Below are positions 50,507 through 62,790 of a stretch of DNA of 64,000 bases, in pieces. How positions within the stretch are numbered: position 1 is the stretch's first letter; every line of letters starts with the position of its first letter. The DNA is from Cenococcum geophilum. Lineage: Eukaryota. The stretch covers positions 27,528,001 through 27,592,000 of the forward strand of contig CP158635.1 of assembly GCA_050273025.1 (NCBI GenBank). Direction: 5' to 3'. Position numbers and translations under genes: made by a program. The notes under the pieces were generated by a model that was given only the letters and a program-made list of their open reading frames with translations, did no database searches and was not told the origin of the DNA.

Positions 50507-52222
50507 ATGATTTCCCCGAAGACTAAAGCAAAACTTTCTTGCTGGGCAAGGCGACTCGAATGTCCAGTAGATGAAAACGCAAACTATAAGAATACGTTTT
50601 GGTGCAACCGAGATCTGATCCCCATCCCGCCGGACAGAAGAACATGGAGATGGCAGGATTTCGCAGGATACTGGGTGATAGCTGGGATCAACACGACTCC
50701 ATGGACTGCTGGTGCATCTCTTCTTATACTAGGGCTCAGTGTACCACAATCGATGGGCGTAGTGGTCGGTGTAGGCCTGATATCTGCTTTGTTGGCCGTT
50801 TTCGCAGGACGGCCAGGCTCACGTCTTTATCTTGGCTTCACTGTTCTCAGTAGAGCTTCCTGGGGAATGCGCGGAGGTGAGAGATCCCGGAGCAGTCGAT
50901 AGATTTGATTTCACACTAGCTGATTGATTCAAGGCTTCTGGCCTGTGTTAAACCGTATCATGAATGCATGCATATGGATGGGAATCCAAATGTATTGGGG
51001 AGGGCAGGCAATCAAAATCGTCCTTCGGGCTTTAATTGGAAACCCTTTTATCAATTTAAAAAATACTCTCCCTCCATCAGCAAACGTAGATACAGCCAGT
51101 TTGATCAGCTTTTTCGTTTTTGTTGTCGTGTTCCTCCCGCTTCCCATGATACCGCCTGAGAGACTCCAAATCCCGTTCAGAATCACATTTGTTATGATCA
51201 CCTGCACCATGTTTGGCCTTCTGATATGGTCACAATGCGCGGCGCATGGCCCTGGCGAACTCATCCATGCCAGCTCGACAAAACATGGGGCTGTTCTCAG
51301 TTGGAATACTGTTTATGGTCTTCAATCCTTGATCGGCGCCCAGGCTTCCGGCTGTCTCGGCCAATCTGATTGGACCAGGTATGCACAAACACCTAATTCG
51401 GCATTATTTGGACAGCTAGTCGCCGCTCCAATCTTCATTTCCGTAACATCCATTTGCGGTATTCTGATCACTTCCTCCGCTGCGACCATCTACGGCGAGT
51501 ATATTTGGAACCCTTTCGAGCTTCTTCTCACGATGCAAGAGAGCTCAGGATCAGCGGGCACACGCGCCGGGACCTTCTTCGCCGGTTTAGGGTTCCTTGC
51601 TAGCCAGCTTTCTCTTTGCCAGATGTTGAACGGAATATCCACCGGCATGGATATGGCTGCTTTATGTCCGAAGTGGATAAACATCCGTCGTGGATGCTAC
51701 ATTCTCACAGTTATCGCCATTGCGATATGCCCCTGGAACTATGTTACTAGCCCGGGCACCTTCATCACGGTACTTAGCAGCTGGAGCGTCTTCCTGTCCC
51801 CTATGACAGGAATTATTATCAGCGATTACTTCCTGGTTCGCCATGGACAGTATCACATTGGTGATTTATATCTTGGAAATAAATCCAGCGCGTACTGGTA
51901 TGTCTGGGGTTTTAATCCACGAGGGTTTACAGCATGGATTTTGGGAATGGTACCATTGCTCCCAGGCTTTGCGAGGGCTGTGGGGCACACAGCGAATGGG
52001 AATGGTTGGGACCATATATATGAGATCAGCTATTTCTATGGGTTCTTTGTCGCGTTGGTGGTACATGCGGTACTGCATACGGTGTTTCCGGCTAAACGGC
52101 AGCGGGGAAGTAGTCCATTTGTCCTGTCGATGCATGCGGAGACACTGGAGAGAGCTGAAGGCGAAGAGGGGCGAAAGCAAGAGTACACCTCCTCAAAAGA
52201 GACGGAAGCCGCTAAACCTTGA
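50507..52222 (+). CDS. NCS1-family nucleobase/allantoin permease (Fur4/Dal4-like). Exons 50507-50876, 50934-52222
   Basis: WCNRDLIPIPPDRRTW, LSRASWGMRG|GFWPVLNR, QSDWTRYA, INIRRG, CPW, IISDYFLVR; multiple TM segments; in-phase intron 50877-50933. Confidence 0.92.
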
Positions 52223-52648
52223 ATATACAATGTAAACGAGTGTTGTCCATTTCATTTTACTTAAAAAGGGAGTGGGTAGAGGGCATATATAGGAACAGGA
52301 ATTCTACAGTCACATCAACGATTTGCGCTGTCTCTGTCTTGACCGTAGGATGATTTCAGGAATAATTAGCGATGACGGCATCTCTTACTGTGGTTTTCTT
52401 ATCTTCTGCAAATTCGCTTGATAAGCGCCCCCACATTATAAAATCACATATAAATTATATGCCCACTACTTTTATGGCTTAAATACGTTCATAATGCCCT
52501 TTAAAAATCCTCTATATTGTATCTTTTAGATATGTGTTACCTTATACTTGTGTGTTGTGGCCTCCTGACCCTCTAAACCGTTAGCTAGCTGTGCCTGACC
52601 CGCCGCGACTAATAACACTAGTCCTACCCCAAAACTAACCTGTCTTAT

Positions 52649-52756
52649 GTAACGTAGGTGATAGGGTTATAACGGTTTGGAACTTCAAAACTGGTGCATA
52701 GACAAAATTTGGGTGCGAAACCTGCTGACCGCCATAACCCCTATCACCGACATTAC
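52649..52756. mobile_element. Small degenerate MITE-like element
   Basis: About 30-bp imperfect inverted repeats GTAACGTAGGTGATAGGGTTATAACGGT and ACCGCCATAACCCCTATCACCGACATTAC. Confidence 0.6.
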
Positions 52757-52840
52757 CTCTTGTAGTTAGCGTCTTTAGCCCCGACGGACATCAAATGGCG
52801 GTGGGCTCTCTTCACATTATTCTCAGCACATCACAAAACC

Positions 52841-54569
52841 ATGCAGCGAGATACAGATTTTACCATTGGAGACATCATTCCACAAATTCAAGGGCATACC
52901 GGTACTCTGCAGGGCCTTTTTAGGCATAATATTCAGCGAGAGACATGAGAACCTACGGTTCCTCGAGATCCCGGCTCGGGCGGATCATACACGTCTCAGC
53001 CGCGGATTCGCTTGCAAACTTGCTAAAAGAGGAGAGCATCCCAAGGAATCAAAATATGTCGCTGTCCCATATTGCTGGGACTCATTTAAGGAACCCGAGT
53101 CAGATACGAACAATAGGTCATTTCGACCATCACCAACAGTCAAAGTCGAAGAAAACGGCGCGCCTAGGGATCCGAAATGTCCTGCCGACGTTTTGATTCG
53201 GGCGATCAGCTTCGCTATTGTCCACGACGTATCGCTTATTTGGATCTATCAGGAATGCGTCGATCAAACGGATCCGATCGATGTTGAAAATCACTTGCAA
53301 TGCAACCATGTCATTTTCTGCCAAGCGAAATTCAAAGTCGGTCTTCTCAGCTTTAAGATCACGGACCAAAAACAAGTACACGGCTTGATCCATATTAGGC
53401 TAGCCCACGCTCTCTCTAATGGACATTCTAACGTCCTCAGTAGCTGGGGAGTGGATGGAATTTTGGCTGACGTGCGTTACGTGACCCGACTATTGAGAGC
53501 TATCTCGAGAGATCGCTGGTTCACGAGAACATGGGTGTTTCAAGAACGCTACTCCGCTAATATCGATATGTGCCTTATGTTACCGGCGTCCAATGATGTG
53601 TTGAACAATTATCAACCTTCCTTTGGTTACGATCCCATTGGGACCGATTTTCCGGTTTCCGTTGAAGAGATCTCGTTCGTTGCAATCGTCTGGAGACATC
53701 ATTTCACTGATCCAGAACTGGACCAACAGCTCGAAGTGGATATAGCTATGAAGGACTCAATGCATGAATCCTTAAGCTCACTTCATGATGCTGCGCAACT
53801 CATTAGCGGTCCCATTTTTATGGGAGCTCCCTTGGACATCGTCTGGGACTTTCGCCAAATGTCTAACGGTTCGACGGCAGAACTCGTCCATGTTCGCAAC
53901 TATGCGGTTTACAGGACCTTCTTGGGAATTGAAAATTGCGATAATCGGGTTTTCTCCGATAGGTTGACCATCTTGTCGAACTTGATGGACTTTGAGTGGA
54001 GGCTTCCTAAAACACACTCCTACGGCTACAGCTTCGCCTTAGTTCTGCTGGTCGTTCAAAACGAATATTATCCAACCATTCTTGTTCGAGGAAACAAAAG
54101 TGAACAGCAATTTTTTTCCAGCCCCGTTTCAGCCGTGGACTTGATTATCAATGCATTCAATCTGAAGAAGCTTATTGCACAGGGTGACAAAGGCTCAGAA
54201 TGTGGACTGGACAATATGTTCTGTGCTCTAGCCGATATCTCAGCCGATATTCAAGAGAAAATAAACCGCCATGAAAATTTTGAAGACGTGCTGAACGAGC
54301 TCGGAGAAGATCGAGTTGCGAGTCTATTTGATCTCATCCTGGAACACATTCACAGAGTGAGCATCGTCCCTCTCTCTTCGACTATCGTCGAACTATTAGG
54401 AGGCATTGTAGGCGCAGAACACATAGACGACATCGGTTTAGATCATAGTCATGGCGAGGCTATAGTAAGGTACGGTGTTGCGACGAATCAGCATGCAGAA
54501 GGCGACGCATTTCTTGCATTTAACGGACGCTACCGTTGGCGTTGTAGATTCGTTGAAAAGTTCTTTTGA
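52841..54569 (+). pseudogene. HET-domain (heterokaryon incompatibility-type) protein gene, probably frameshifted near its 5' end
   Basis: YVAVPYCW, LIWIYQECVDQ and RWFTRTWVFQE resemble HET motifs. The only plausible upstream ATG (52841) is out of frame with the long ORF and stops at ~52948. Confidence 0.7.
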
Positions 54570-55399
54570 TGAGCTGGCCACTGACTTGTATTGTGCGATA
54601 TTTTAACTGATTCCCTTCATTTTTGACTGCCTGTTCAAAACATCCCATCATTGATATCGTGCCTGTCTCACCTCGTGTCCAAGAGCCGGGAACTGCTAAA
54701 CTTGCTAGGTTTCCAGTCATTGATGTTATCTCTCATGGCCACGAGAGGACCTTCCCGTTCGCAAGATAGATACTAGAAAAATTGCTACCCGGCCGGCGAT
54801 AGCATGCTAGAGCTCAAGTTGTTGAGCAGCAAGACCCCGACGCACAATGAGCACATGGCTTCGGCGTTCGAAATGGCTTTGCTTCTCCTCATAAGCAGCG
54901 ATAACTTCCCTCCACTGACGAGAACCGCGGCCTTGCTTTATCTTGAGCCATTGGGGTCAATTGAGCCAACAAAATGAAGCAATTCCATGCGTTCATGCTC
55001 GCAACAAGCACTGTTCCCTCTGTTGCAAGCGGGTTTGGTAAATTTGGGCAACAAGCGCGCGACAATCTTGCTAGACACGAGAAAGTAGCAAAGAAAGCGG
55101 AAGTTCTAAGATTGAGAAGCGTAACATAAACAAACTGCGGTTCCTGACCGATGCTACAAAACGTAGGTACAACGGTGGCATCATACGTTCTTTGTGGAAG
55201 CTGACAACATGTTCTAGCTTGTTGATTCCCTACCTGGAGTTCCCCTCGATATTGGTGAGATGTACAGTGGCTTGGTCCCGATCAATTACGACAACACCTC
55301 AGAAGCTCTGTTCTTCGTTTTCCAACAGTATTAGAGAGCCTGTACAAGGTGACTTGGCCTACGAACCTGCTAGTCTTCGATTCAGTAGAGCTAACGTAG

Positions 55400-56390
55400 A
55401 GATGTCGCACAGCGTGCGGGTAGGAGTCAGTGGTTATTAAGACGTCGTGGGCAGTAAAAAGTTTTTATATAAGATAGTAAGATCTCAAAAACTACTACTA
55501 ATAGCACCCCTTTATAGGAAATAACTACATTCTTATTCTAAGCCTACCTATATAATCCTTATAGATACGAGTCAGATTTAACGACCCCTTATAATTAATA
55601 AATAAATAAATAAGCAAATAAGCCTCTTTTTAACCCTTAGAGTAACACACGCCTATAGAGAATAATAGGTTACTCACCGTTAATCGCACTATACTGCTGT
55701 TGAACGGACAATGAAGGATGAGGACTCTGTCTATTAAATGTGGCTCTAGGGCCTCTATATATACATAAGGCAGGTGGTAAGACATACAAGGGTAAGTAAC
55801 TGAGTGGTGAGATATACGAGTAAGCAGCTGAAAAATAGTAAGCAAGTCCGATTCAGGTCAGCAACTGCCTAGTAGTCTAGATAATAACTATACAGTTCTT
55901 GTCTCTTCACGGAGTAGCCCCCTCTAAAGAGGGCCTAGTAAATAGGGCCTAGGCGGAAAAGATACTTAGAGTATATATATTCTATATCCCGCTTACCTTT
56001 TAGTATTATAGTACCGGTTATAAATAAATCCTCCTTGCGCCTTTAATAAGCTCTAGGGAAGATTAGGGTATATATAATAGTAATAGCCTATAAGAGATAG
56101 CTATAATAGAAGGCGGTTAAGGTATAAGAAACTACTAGTATATAGTAATTAATTAAATAATAGTAAGGCCTAGCTAGAGTAAAGTAAACCCTAGCTATAG
56201 GTAAGCTAAAAGAAGGATATAAATATAGACGTAACTACTAGGCAGCCCTAGGGCCGCCAGCTGCGCGCGGAGATAGTTAAACCGGGTTTTTTAACTCTAC
56301 TAAGGTGGCTTATAGGGTTTCCCCCCAATAAGCTAGGGGTTTTTCCTATATGATATTGATTTTCCCCTGTGTGCGGAGCAGTCTGCGTGG
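55400..56390. mobile_element. RIP-degraded AT-rich repeat relic of unknown class (boundaries approximate)
   Basis: Abrupt TpA-rich segment inside the carboxypeptidase relic; contains a solo LTR. Confidence 0.5.
55698..55863 (-). mobile_element. Solo LTR related to 14372-14631 and the copia A LTRs
   Basis: TGTTGAACGGAC..GATTCAGGTCAGCA with TSD ACTGC (55693-55697, 55864-55868). Confidence 0.88.
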
Positions 56391-58003
56391 GCATAGATAG
56401 GATCCGTATCAGACGTTAATCAAAGGATACATTACTACTAATATATCCAAGGTCAATCTGACGAACATGATTTGGGTCGATCAACCATGGGACAGGTTAT
56501 TCAATTCGCACCCCTAAAGCCACCTCACAAGAAGAGATAGCGCAGAACTTTGTTGATTTCTTCAAGAACTGGGAAATGCTCTTCGGTATCAAGAACTTCA
56601 AGATTTACGTAACCGGCGAGAACTATGCTGGCCACTATATCCCATACATCTCCGCAGCAATGCTTGACCAAAATGATAAAAAGTATTTCGACTTGTCCGG
56701 TGTTCTGGTATTCGATCCTTGCATTGGCCAATCCGACTATACGCAAGAAGAAGTTTTCGCTGTTCCATTCGTTGGGACGAATGCAAATCTCTTCAACTTC
56801 AACGAGAGCTTCATGGCCGAAATTCAGGCACTACATCAATCCTGTGGGTACACCGACTACATCGACAAGTATTTGACCTTCCCACCAAACGGAGTCAACC
56901 GCCCGTATTTTTCAACTACACCAGCGAAGCAACTGCGACTTCTTCGACCTCATCAACAAGGCCGCTTTCGACCCTAACCCCTGTTTCAACATCTGCGAAG
57001 TCACCCATATGTGTGGGACTTCCTCGGCTTCCCCACCGAACTCGTCTACACGCCCGCAGGTGCTGACGTCTACTTCGACCGGACCGACACTGAAACCGCT
57101 ATGCACTCGCCGCAGTACGTGGACTGGGCCATATTTGGAGGATTATGGTGGATCGCAGGGGATTATGGGCATGTAGCATTATGAAAAGAGGGCCGATGTG
57201 GGCGGAGACGTACATAGTGGGGCATATACATCCGCAGTTCCAGCTGAGAATTACGTACAAGTATATTCAATGGGTGTTGGGAAGAGTTGATTCTTTGTAG
57301 TGGTTACGACGTTTTTGCGTAAGCTGTGTTAGAAGGATTTGTTTGAATCCCGGGGTTCTCCCTTGGATCTCCCTAAGTAGGCATGTTGCTGGTAGGCACA
57401 CTCTCTCTAGATGTCGACGAATTAATTTAATAATAAGAAGAATAAGTTTGATGCGAGTTAAAATGCATAAGCAGAGGTGCAATATAGCTCTTCATACGTA
57501 ACCTCTCCAATTTTATCGTGCATCGAGTTAGTGTATCTTGTTAGAGAGTCAATTGAGGGGAAAGGAAATTACGTGCAGCCTGTTTCACTGCTCTCTGTTG
57601 TCGTAATCAAAAAGCGAAACGGCGCACGTTTTCGGTAATTCTAATTTTAATTTTTCGCTAAGCACCCTTAAGCATGTATATCGTCAATGCTCTACCTTGT
57701 ACGCTCTGTCCACTTGATGTACGCAACTGAGGCGCAAGTTTTACCAGAGCCTAAAGTATGAGCAGAAAGTATTCAAGCGGTGTGTAAGTGACGTGGATGA
57801 ATGCGTCACCCTATCCCTTCCAACATCATCAGGTCAAGTATGAGGGCTATAAAGAGGATGAGGTTTCTCCAGAAGCATCAAATCCACACAGCAACAGCAA
57901 CCCTCTACAGTGAACATCATTCTAGTCTTTCTTTAAGCTCAACCTACATTCTTTCCAAATTTTCAATCCATTCAAAAACACTCCACCCAACCCACACATC
58001 AAA

Positions 58004-58792
58004 ATGCATTCCTCCACCATCCTCCTCGCCGCCTCCTCTTTCATCTCCCTCTCCTCCTGCCTCCCAGTGGACCAACTCCTCTCCGCCCGCGACCAAGTCT
58101 GCGGCAAGGCCCCCAGCGGCAGCAACACGCAACAGGCAGTTCTCTCCCAGCCCTCGGGCCCGCAGAACGCAGCCGCATGCCTGAGCGACTGCGAAGCCAA
58201 CAGCTCGTGCCTGTCCTTCCTCTTCGGCATGGTCGACAACGAGATCAAGTGCCTGCTGTACCCCTGTGCCGCGTCCGCTATCCCAACGCAGTCCAGCCCT
58301 AACTTGATTGCGTACGACAAGGCATGCGCCTCCGTCCCGACCGTCACGCCAACGGCTGCGAACCCAACTGGCGCCAATACGCAAACCGGCGATAATACGC
58401 AAACTGGCGCTAACACGGGGGGCGACAGCAACCCCGGCAAGACGACGACGCCTGCGGGCAATCAACAGAGGCGGGAGCTGGTGGCCCGCAATACATGCGG
58501 CGGGGCGCCGGGTGGGCCGTCTAACGCGCAGCCGATTTCTGCGCCGGCTGGTATCGATACCCTACCTGAGTGCAAGGCCAAGTGCACTGCGGATCCATCG
58601 TGCGAGAGGTGAGTAGGCTCTTCTTCGGGTTCATGAACTCAGCGCTAACATGTCTTCTCTAGCTTCTGCTTCGGAACGCTCACACCTGGCGGTGCTGATG
58701 TCTGCCGTCTCTATGCCGTCCCAGCTGCGTCAGTGCCAGCGCCCGCTTCAGGCCAGTCGCTTCAGGTGTATGATGTTGGTTGCTCAGTTTAA
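58004..58792 (+). CDS. Secreted Cys-rich protein with two PAN/Apple-like domains. Exons 58004-58608, 58663-58792
   Basis: Signal peptide; two similar modules CG.AP.G..C...C.A..SC.SF.FG..C.LY..A...P......YD..C; in-phase intron. Confidence 0.85.
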
Positions 58793-59332
58793 GTAGTGCG
58801 CTTTGATGCCCCTTGCTGTTTCTCCTTTGTTTTCAGCGCTTGTGGGTGGTTCGGATCTTGTACACCTAGGCGCCTGTGGAAAACTCTCATTGGAGAAATT
58901 CGAAGGGGATAAGCGATTAGTGTGTTGGGGACTAGATAAGTGCATTTTATGATGTGGGGGGTTTCTTTTTGTTTGGATTGGCTGTACACTCGTTTTCTCT
59001 CCTTTTCCTGTCGTTACCAGATCGATAATAATTATAAAATGGTTGCAACCCTATCGAGTGATCTCTGATAATGAAATGTGTCGCAAGTGAACACTCACAT
59101 TGCAAAGGGATACTTCTGTATCAATAGATAATGTCGATCTCACACCTGTTTCATGATTAGATTGTTAAAACAAGTACAGACGGAGTGCTACAATTGCGTA
59201 TTAGGATACTGGTATAGCCTTGCCTCTCGCTCTCTGCCTCGGATATTAACCAAACCGGGGTCGTTAGTACTGATCTTCTATGCTACCACCACTTCTAGCT
59301 CCGTGTCCGCATACATCCCATGCAGGACAGTC

Positions 59333-61453
59333 TCACACAAACTTCGCAAATGGCAGCCCAATCTGCTCCTGGATATACTCTAGCGCCTCTAGCACTTTCT
59401 CATCTTCGTAGCGCCGTCCCACAAGCTGTAAACTGATAGGCGCGCCAGCGTATTTTTCCGGAGAATCTAGGGAGGGAAGTCAGTGACGCGTCCATCGACC
59501 CATCCTACCAACTGGCTACCTTCCACCCTGTCAAGGAGTAAACAATCAAGGCTACAACAAACCACGATAATCATGCCAGGGTGAGACCTTCAGACACTCC
59601 ACCACCGAACCTTACCAACCCCTTCCCCTCCCCGTCTCAATTCCGTCTCTCTCTCTCTACCCCTAAGAACAAAAGAAAAAACCGACTCACAGCTCTCATA
59701 ATTCACCCTATCCTCCCGATTCCTCGGCACGTACTCCTCCACCCCATCGACCCCGACATCAACCCTATCAACCGGAAACACCACCGCCGGATAATCCAGC
59801 AAATTCCACTGCGCCGTATACCCCCAATACCTCGCGCCATCCAGCACCGGCGCGACCCCCGGGCCGACGGGACACAGAATAACATCCACATCCCCCCACA
59901 GCCTCGCATACTCGGCGCGATACGCCTCGCGCTGGCACGTCAGCTCCCACACCTGGCCGACGGACAGCGGGCGCACGAGCGGGTTCTCGGTCAGGATGAA
60001 GCGCGACAGCGGGCGCAGCGGCTCGCCGGACGCAGCGACGGCGGCGAGCTCCTCGCGCCCGCCGTCGGCGAAGTAGAGCGACGCGATGATGCGCCACGCC
60101 GCGTCGTGGCGGTGCGGCGTCCAGTCCACGACCTCGGTTCCCGGGATCGGCCGCATCTTGTCGACGACGGCGCGCAGGGCGCGGGTGACGGGCGGGTGCG
60201 GGCGCACGACGCCGTCGTCCCAGAGGACCGCTACTTTGAGCGACTTGGGCGGGGCGGGGTGGTGGTGCGGGAGCAGGCAGGGCGGGAGCTGCGGGTCGTC
60301 GCGCCAAGGGAACGGCAGCAGGCTCGGCTCGCGGCGCCAGGGCTGGGCGGCGATCAGGGTTTTCATGAAGAGCTTGAGGCCGGCGAGGCTGGTGCTCAGC
60401 GGGCCGATCACCGGCACGATGTGCTCCTGGCCCAGCATGGTCGCGGCGAGGCCGTCGAGCGGGAGGCGGTGGCTGGTTGGGCGCAGGCCGTAGACGCCGC
60501 AGTTGGCGGCTGGGCTGCGGATGCTGCCGCCGATGTCGGTGCCGATGCCGAGGCAGCTGCCGCGCAGGCCCAGCAGCGCGCCCTCGCCGCCGGAGCTGCC
60601 ACCCGAGGTCAGCTGCGTGTTGAACGGGTTCGTGGTCGCGCCGTAGAAGTTCGAGGAGGTCTCGAGGTGCATGAGGGTCTGTGGCTGCGTGGTGCGGGCG
60701 TAGAGGATCGCGCCGGCGGAGAGCAGGATGTCGAGAATGTGCGCGTTTGACGGGGCGGTTTTGGAGGCCCAGGAGATGAAGGCGGCGTTTAGGGTTAGGC
60801 CTTCGATCCCGATGTGCTCTTTTACGGAGATAGGGAGGCCGTGGAGGGGTCCTAGTGGCTTGTGGTGCTTGGAGAGGTAGCTGTCGAGGTAGGCGGCGCG
60901 GGCGAGGGCGGTGGCCGGGAGGAGCTCGGTTATACAGTTTGTCTGGTGTGTGAGTTAGTGCTCCGTGATTTCTCTGGAGTATTTTAGAAGGAGATATTTG
61001 ATATGGTGGAGGGATATCTGCTTTTTCTAATGTGTTTAATAGGAAATTAGCGTATTCGAGTATGCCTACTAATTCCTGAGCCAAGCCAGCTCGCCTCAAG
61101 AAAGCTTTCGTGACTTCTACTGCAGCAAGTTCACCCTTCGCCAGCTTATCCACAAGCACTTCAGGTGTGGTCTCTGTAATTGATATTTCCTGTGCTGTTA
61201 ATATCTGCTTGGGGATCTGCGTCACATCAAGTGGAAGCTCAGCGGGGAGCTCGGGAAGAGGTGGCTCGAGAGCTGCAATGGAGGCATCTCGGTGATCTTG
61301 TGCTTGCTTTGCGATCTCCTGCCATGTTGGACCGGAACGACGTGGAGCGGGTAGAAGCGAGGGAGAGACTAAGCTGGAGTGGAGACGGGAGTAGAAGCTA
61401 TGAAAGAGACTCAGAATGGATGGGAAGAAAGGGACTGATTGTAAGGAGGACAT
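59333..61453 (-). CDS. Amidase-signature family enzyme (general amidase/acetamidase-like). Exons 61453-61070, 60942-59691, 59466-59333
   Basis: GPLHGLPISVKE (Lys), GGSSGGEGA (cis-Ser), GTDIGGSIRSPA (Ser nucleophile), PISLQLVGRRYEDEK; in-phase canonical introns. Start codon slightly uncertain. Confidence 0.92.
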
Positions 61454-62790
61454 GGTTTGGGCGTGAAGTTCCGTCGGGTATTTCCAGTTGAGGCTTGAAA
61501 GTGGCAGAGATGGAAGAAGCAAATTGACAGAGAGAGTTCAAGCGCCCGTAGCGGAACTTGGCATTGGTAAAAAAAAGAGAAAGTAATCAATGTATTCTTT
61601 GGTAGCCATCAATCGATTTCCTAATTACCGTCTCACATGCATGGTGACTGTGCATGGTGATGGTGTCGTGCAGCAAAAGATAAGGTGCTGAGAGGGGTTG
61701 TGCACGGTATAACGTGACTGAAGCCATTCGCTAAGGCGGGGCTGGATACCGCTATGCACTGACTGTTGGATGAAGCTGCACGCTGACTCCCTCTGCCCCG
61801 TAGGCGACGCACGACGTAGAAAGCGACTTATGCATCCTCCCATCACACCTATTGCCGAGACTCCTCATCGTAGAATTCGATTGGGTTTCGATAGAGTTTC
61901 GTGTTCTTCGCAGCCTTCCTTATACATGTTCTGGGTAACCCTGTGGATTGCTGCTGGGCCCTGAGAAAAGAGAGGTATAACGTGGTACCTAGTGTTGCGA
62001 AGACGAAGAAGTCCAGTTACAAGTAATTCCCTTCCTCTCCATCTCGCCTACGCCTGTCACTCAGCCAAGTCAATCCTGGACACATCGCCTGTGCCATTCC
62101 TCCAACTTGTTCGGCTTGTTCGCCTCGTTTGCACAAATATTGGCGAGGAAGACTGAGTCAACAGTCAACAGCCCTACACACCCTGCTGCACGTGCTGAAG
62201 CCACACTCAGTTACGAGGCGGCGGCAGCGTTCCCAGCTGACAAATAACAAGCTTCCTTGGTGCAAAAGGCGTTTGTGTGCCGAAGCGATGCTCTTAGGGC
62301 GTTACGAGCTCTTGGAGCGTTACGAGCTCTTGAAGTTAAAGAGATGACTGTTACATATACTTGACATAAAGCTCTCGCCGGATTTCCCTTTTCGGGCATC
62401 CGGCAGCCCCGCGTGTTTCTCTAGAGCTTCTATCACGCCCCAAGAGCAAGTGCAAGGCTTGAGCTCCGCGGTAAACCACTCCGCGACCACTCAGTGACCT
62501 CACCAACATGGCCAGGTTCAGCCCGTCTGCTGTCCTTGTACTATATCTATCACTCCTCCGCCGTGCTTCTACTGGTTCTTGCATCACTCTAGCCCTCTCG
62601 GCATCTTCGTCTGCTTCAAATTCACCCGTCATTCCTGCCCGGAGAAATTTCCCTAGCCTCGTGAGCTTTTTCTTTGCCTCGCGAACATTCCTTTGCCTAG
62701 TATATCAATTGGTTCATGGTCGGCAATAGAACTACTCCACATATTCTTAATAACCTCCCCAACCCCGCCAACAGCTTTGCAACCACCACC

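Larger units (their letters stand above)
54974..57200 (+). pseudogene. Serine carboxypeptidase (peptidase S10, CpdS/PepF-like) pseudogene with a ~1-kb insertion
   Basis: VDSLPGVPLDIGEMYSGLVPI..LFFVFQ (55219-55326), VNLTNMIWVDQP followed by a frameshift (~56452-56490), IYVTGENYAG, DPCIG. Further frameshifts; no NGGPG segment found. Confidence 0.85.

Noticed and set aside
57801..58616. Overlapping alternative and antisense ORFs around the secreted Cys-rich gene
   Set aside because: By-products of GC-rich codon usage of the real CDS.
59581..61522. 389-aa antisense ORF and 584-aa ORF overlapping the amidase
   Set aside because: Artefacts of extreme GC3 and intron read-through; low-complexity Arg/Pro/Gly translations.
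62129..62729. Short ORFs upstream of the SDR
   Set aside because: No motifs or splice-consistent model; probably promoter or UTR sequence.
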